Source of the DNA: Rhizaria sp. SCN 62-66
Taxonomy: Eukaryota
Assembly (NCBI GenBank): GCA_001724265.1
Contig: MEDY01000242.1
Coordinates: 1-46,083, forward strand
Length of the DNA: 46,083 nt
Reading direction: 5' to 3'
Part shown: one piece after another, positions 44,356 through 46,083 of the stretch
How positions within the stretch are numbered: the first letter of the stretch is position 1
Layout of the letters: each line of letters opens with the position of its first letter
Program-made: the position numbers and the translations under genes
Notes under the pieces: model-generated
The model's database searches: none
The model's input: the letters and a program-made list of their open reading frames with translations, nothing else
Told to the model about the DNA's origin: nothing

Positions 44356-45684
44356 TTACAGTGTGCGAAACAGTTCCGCAGGCACACCGGGCACCCCAAT
44401 GCGCACAGTCACCCCGCTGTCGCTGCTCGCAGTCAGGGCCGCCACCGCGTTGAGCCACGAGCCCAGTTTGCGCACCGCCGCCGCCGCCGCCGCCGCGGTC
44501 ACTGAGCGGCTATCGATGCTCACAGTCACTTGCTGGCAATTGCTGCCGCCCACAGCCGCTTTGTTGTGATCGCCGTCAACCGCGAGCGGAGCCAGCAGTT
44601 TGCGACCGCCACAGGGGTGTAAAGCAACGCACAGTGTCTCTGTGACCGGGTGGGGCAGCACGGACAGAGGCGGAAACGTATGTGAATGCGCCGATAAAGA
44701 CTGTGAAGATTGTGCCTCTGCCGACGACTGTGTAATCTCATTCTGCAGTCCTAACCATAAGTCCTGCTGTGACGCCGCTGTGACAGACTGCGGCTGTGAG
44801 ATATTGTTGTTTTTGAGCTGCGGATTGCGGTTTGCTAGCGCAGCACACAGTACTGCCGGGAGGACAGGGACTGCGGTGCCGGCGCCAGCAGCAGTGGCGC
44901 CAGCGGCGGTGGCGGCGGAGAGACACAGCATGGGGGCCTGGTGCGCGGCGCTGTAGACGACGTGACACGTCAGCATGTGCTGCTCAGGGCCGCTAGTGTC
45001 ATTGTCGCGCAGTTGTGGCGCGCCGCCGTCATCGTTCGTGGCACTGTTGATTGAGGTAACTATAATCGCGTCTGGGTCTCCTTGGGCGAGCTCAGCGGGA
45101 AAGAAATCGATGTCATCGCCAAGCTCAAAGTCAGCCAAGGCTGCTGTAGCGGCAGATGAGGCGGCTGCAGAGTCTGTAGGGAGCCACGAGATGGGGACAG
45201 TGGCTGCCAGGTAGTTAGTCTGAGGAAGGAATAAATGATAAGATATCGATGTGATATGTAAGTCAATGAAACAGAAAAAACGTTATATAAGAGAGAAGTC
45301 CATGTAACCAATAATCAGAGACGCAATCCTTTGTCTGGTTCTGACGATTGTTGTCAATTCGGCATGGCTTGGTGGCATATGGTGACGACTCAATTCTACC
45401 CAGGGGTGATGAAGATAAATGGCTGAAGAGCAAGTGTCAGAGACGTACGGGGGGCTGCAACAGTAAACCAAACCCACTAGGGATGTCAGTATGGGGCGTC
45501 ACCCAGCGCCAATGCACACTGGCTTGCGCAATCACCTGCGCAGCTTGACAGAACTGAGACGAACATCACGGAGGCGGATTGACATTATGAGACAGATATT
45601 TTAAGACACAGTATGAAACAATAGATGCATAATTTTGATCCAACGTACTTCTTGATACGAAAGTCCCTAAGAAGCGATATCCAT
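44356..45684 (-). CDS. ATG10: Autophagy E2-like conjugating enzyme ATG10, ~334 aa; exons 45684-45649, 45553-45449, 45219-44356; probable in-frame TAG at 45669-45667
   Basis: Motifs CHVVYSAAHQAPMLCL, HPVT..VALHPC (catalytic Cys) and LGSWL. Splicing two phase-0 GTACGT..CAG introns gives the N-terminus MDIAS*GLSYQEFCQAAQ..HWRW, which resembles ATG10 N-termini. The 5' exons are less certain than the main exon. Confidence 0.8.
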
Positions 45685-45990
45685 GCTATTAACGAACATC
45701 TCACGCAGGTACATCAGTTCAAAAATCAACGCGATGACGATGCACAGCTAGGAGATTCGATTGGCGGCTCTTAATAGTAGGCATGTGATAGGATAAAGCA
45801 GCTTGTTTGTGGGTTTAAACTCTCTTTGATTTGTATTACGGATATTGGTGTTATCTCGAGGAGACTAAATAGCTGGTGTGATCATCATCGTCGTATTAAC
45901 AACAACAAAACGCCTTGGATTCTTCAACTGAAAGTTAAAAGCCACGCCACTGCAGAGGCGCAGTCTTTGAACTCTGAGCGGTACAGTTGC

Positions 45991-46083
45991 TTAGTAGACG
46001 AAGCCGAGGATCTTGCCACCGACGTGCTTGCGGCGGGCCTCGTTGTGGTCCATGATGCCCTTGGAGGTGGTCATGATGACGAG
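45991..46083 (-). CDS. RPS15A: 40S ribosomal protein S15a (uS8), 3' end only; gene continues beyond the window
   Basis: Translates [30 protein letters not shown] then TAA, the conserved C-terminus of eukaryotic uS8. Too short to appear in the ORF track. Confidence 0.95.
   Translation of the reverse strand, partial: LVIMTTSKGIMDHNEARRKHVGGKILGFVY

Noticed and set aside
6388-45669. Pyrrolysine, programmed readthrough, or A-to-I editing of UAG to UGG
   Set aside because: The sites share no flanking context and mostly lie in disordered polar regions where Trp or Pyl is implausible. Three occur in series in one gene. RNA editing cannot be formally excluded without cDNA.
30199-45684. URM1 and ATG10 as a ubiquitin-like conjugation cluster
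   Set aside because: They act in different pathways and are about 13 kb apart with unrelated genes between; likely coincidence.

Overview
Gene-dense nuclear DNA from a eukaryotic microbe, probably a flagellated protist with mitochondria. Coding exons are GC-rich and Ala/Ser/Gln low-complexity; spacers and introns are AT-richer. I rebuild nine complete genes and one partial gene. In order: a giant tubulin-tyrosine-ligase-like gene (-), an IPT/TIG type I membrane protein (+), MPDU1 with a ~1100-aa N-terminal extension (-), CFAP119/C1a-32-like (+), a giant LRR protein (-), URM1 (+), a ~3150-aa AT-hook/Cys-His-rich protein (-), BCKDHB (+), ATG10 (-) and the 3' end of RPS15A (-). The main observation is a non-standard nuclear genetic code. 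Eight in-frame TAG codons interrupt five genes without changing frame, including one inside the TTL domain and one inside an LRR repeat. All ten real gene ends use TAA or TGA. Local context (AQP*SQS, QAQAL*SV, GT*YN) favours UAG=Gln with UAA kept as a stop, a rare decoupling of UAG from UAA. Secondary signals: all eight inferred introns are GTACG(T/A)...CAG, orphan acceptor-like sites sit just upstream of most start codons (possible trans-splicing), backup stops are frequent, and huge insertions split conserved domains. All calls come from reading the sequence by eye; no searches were run.
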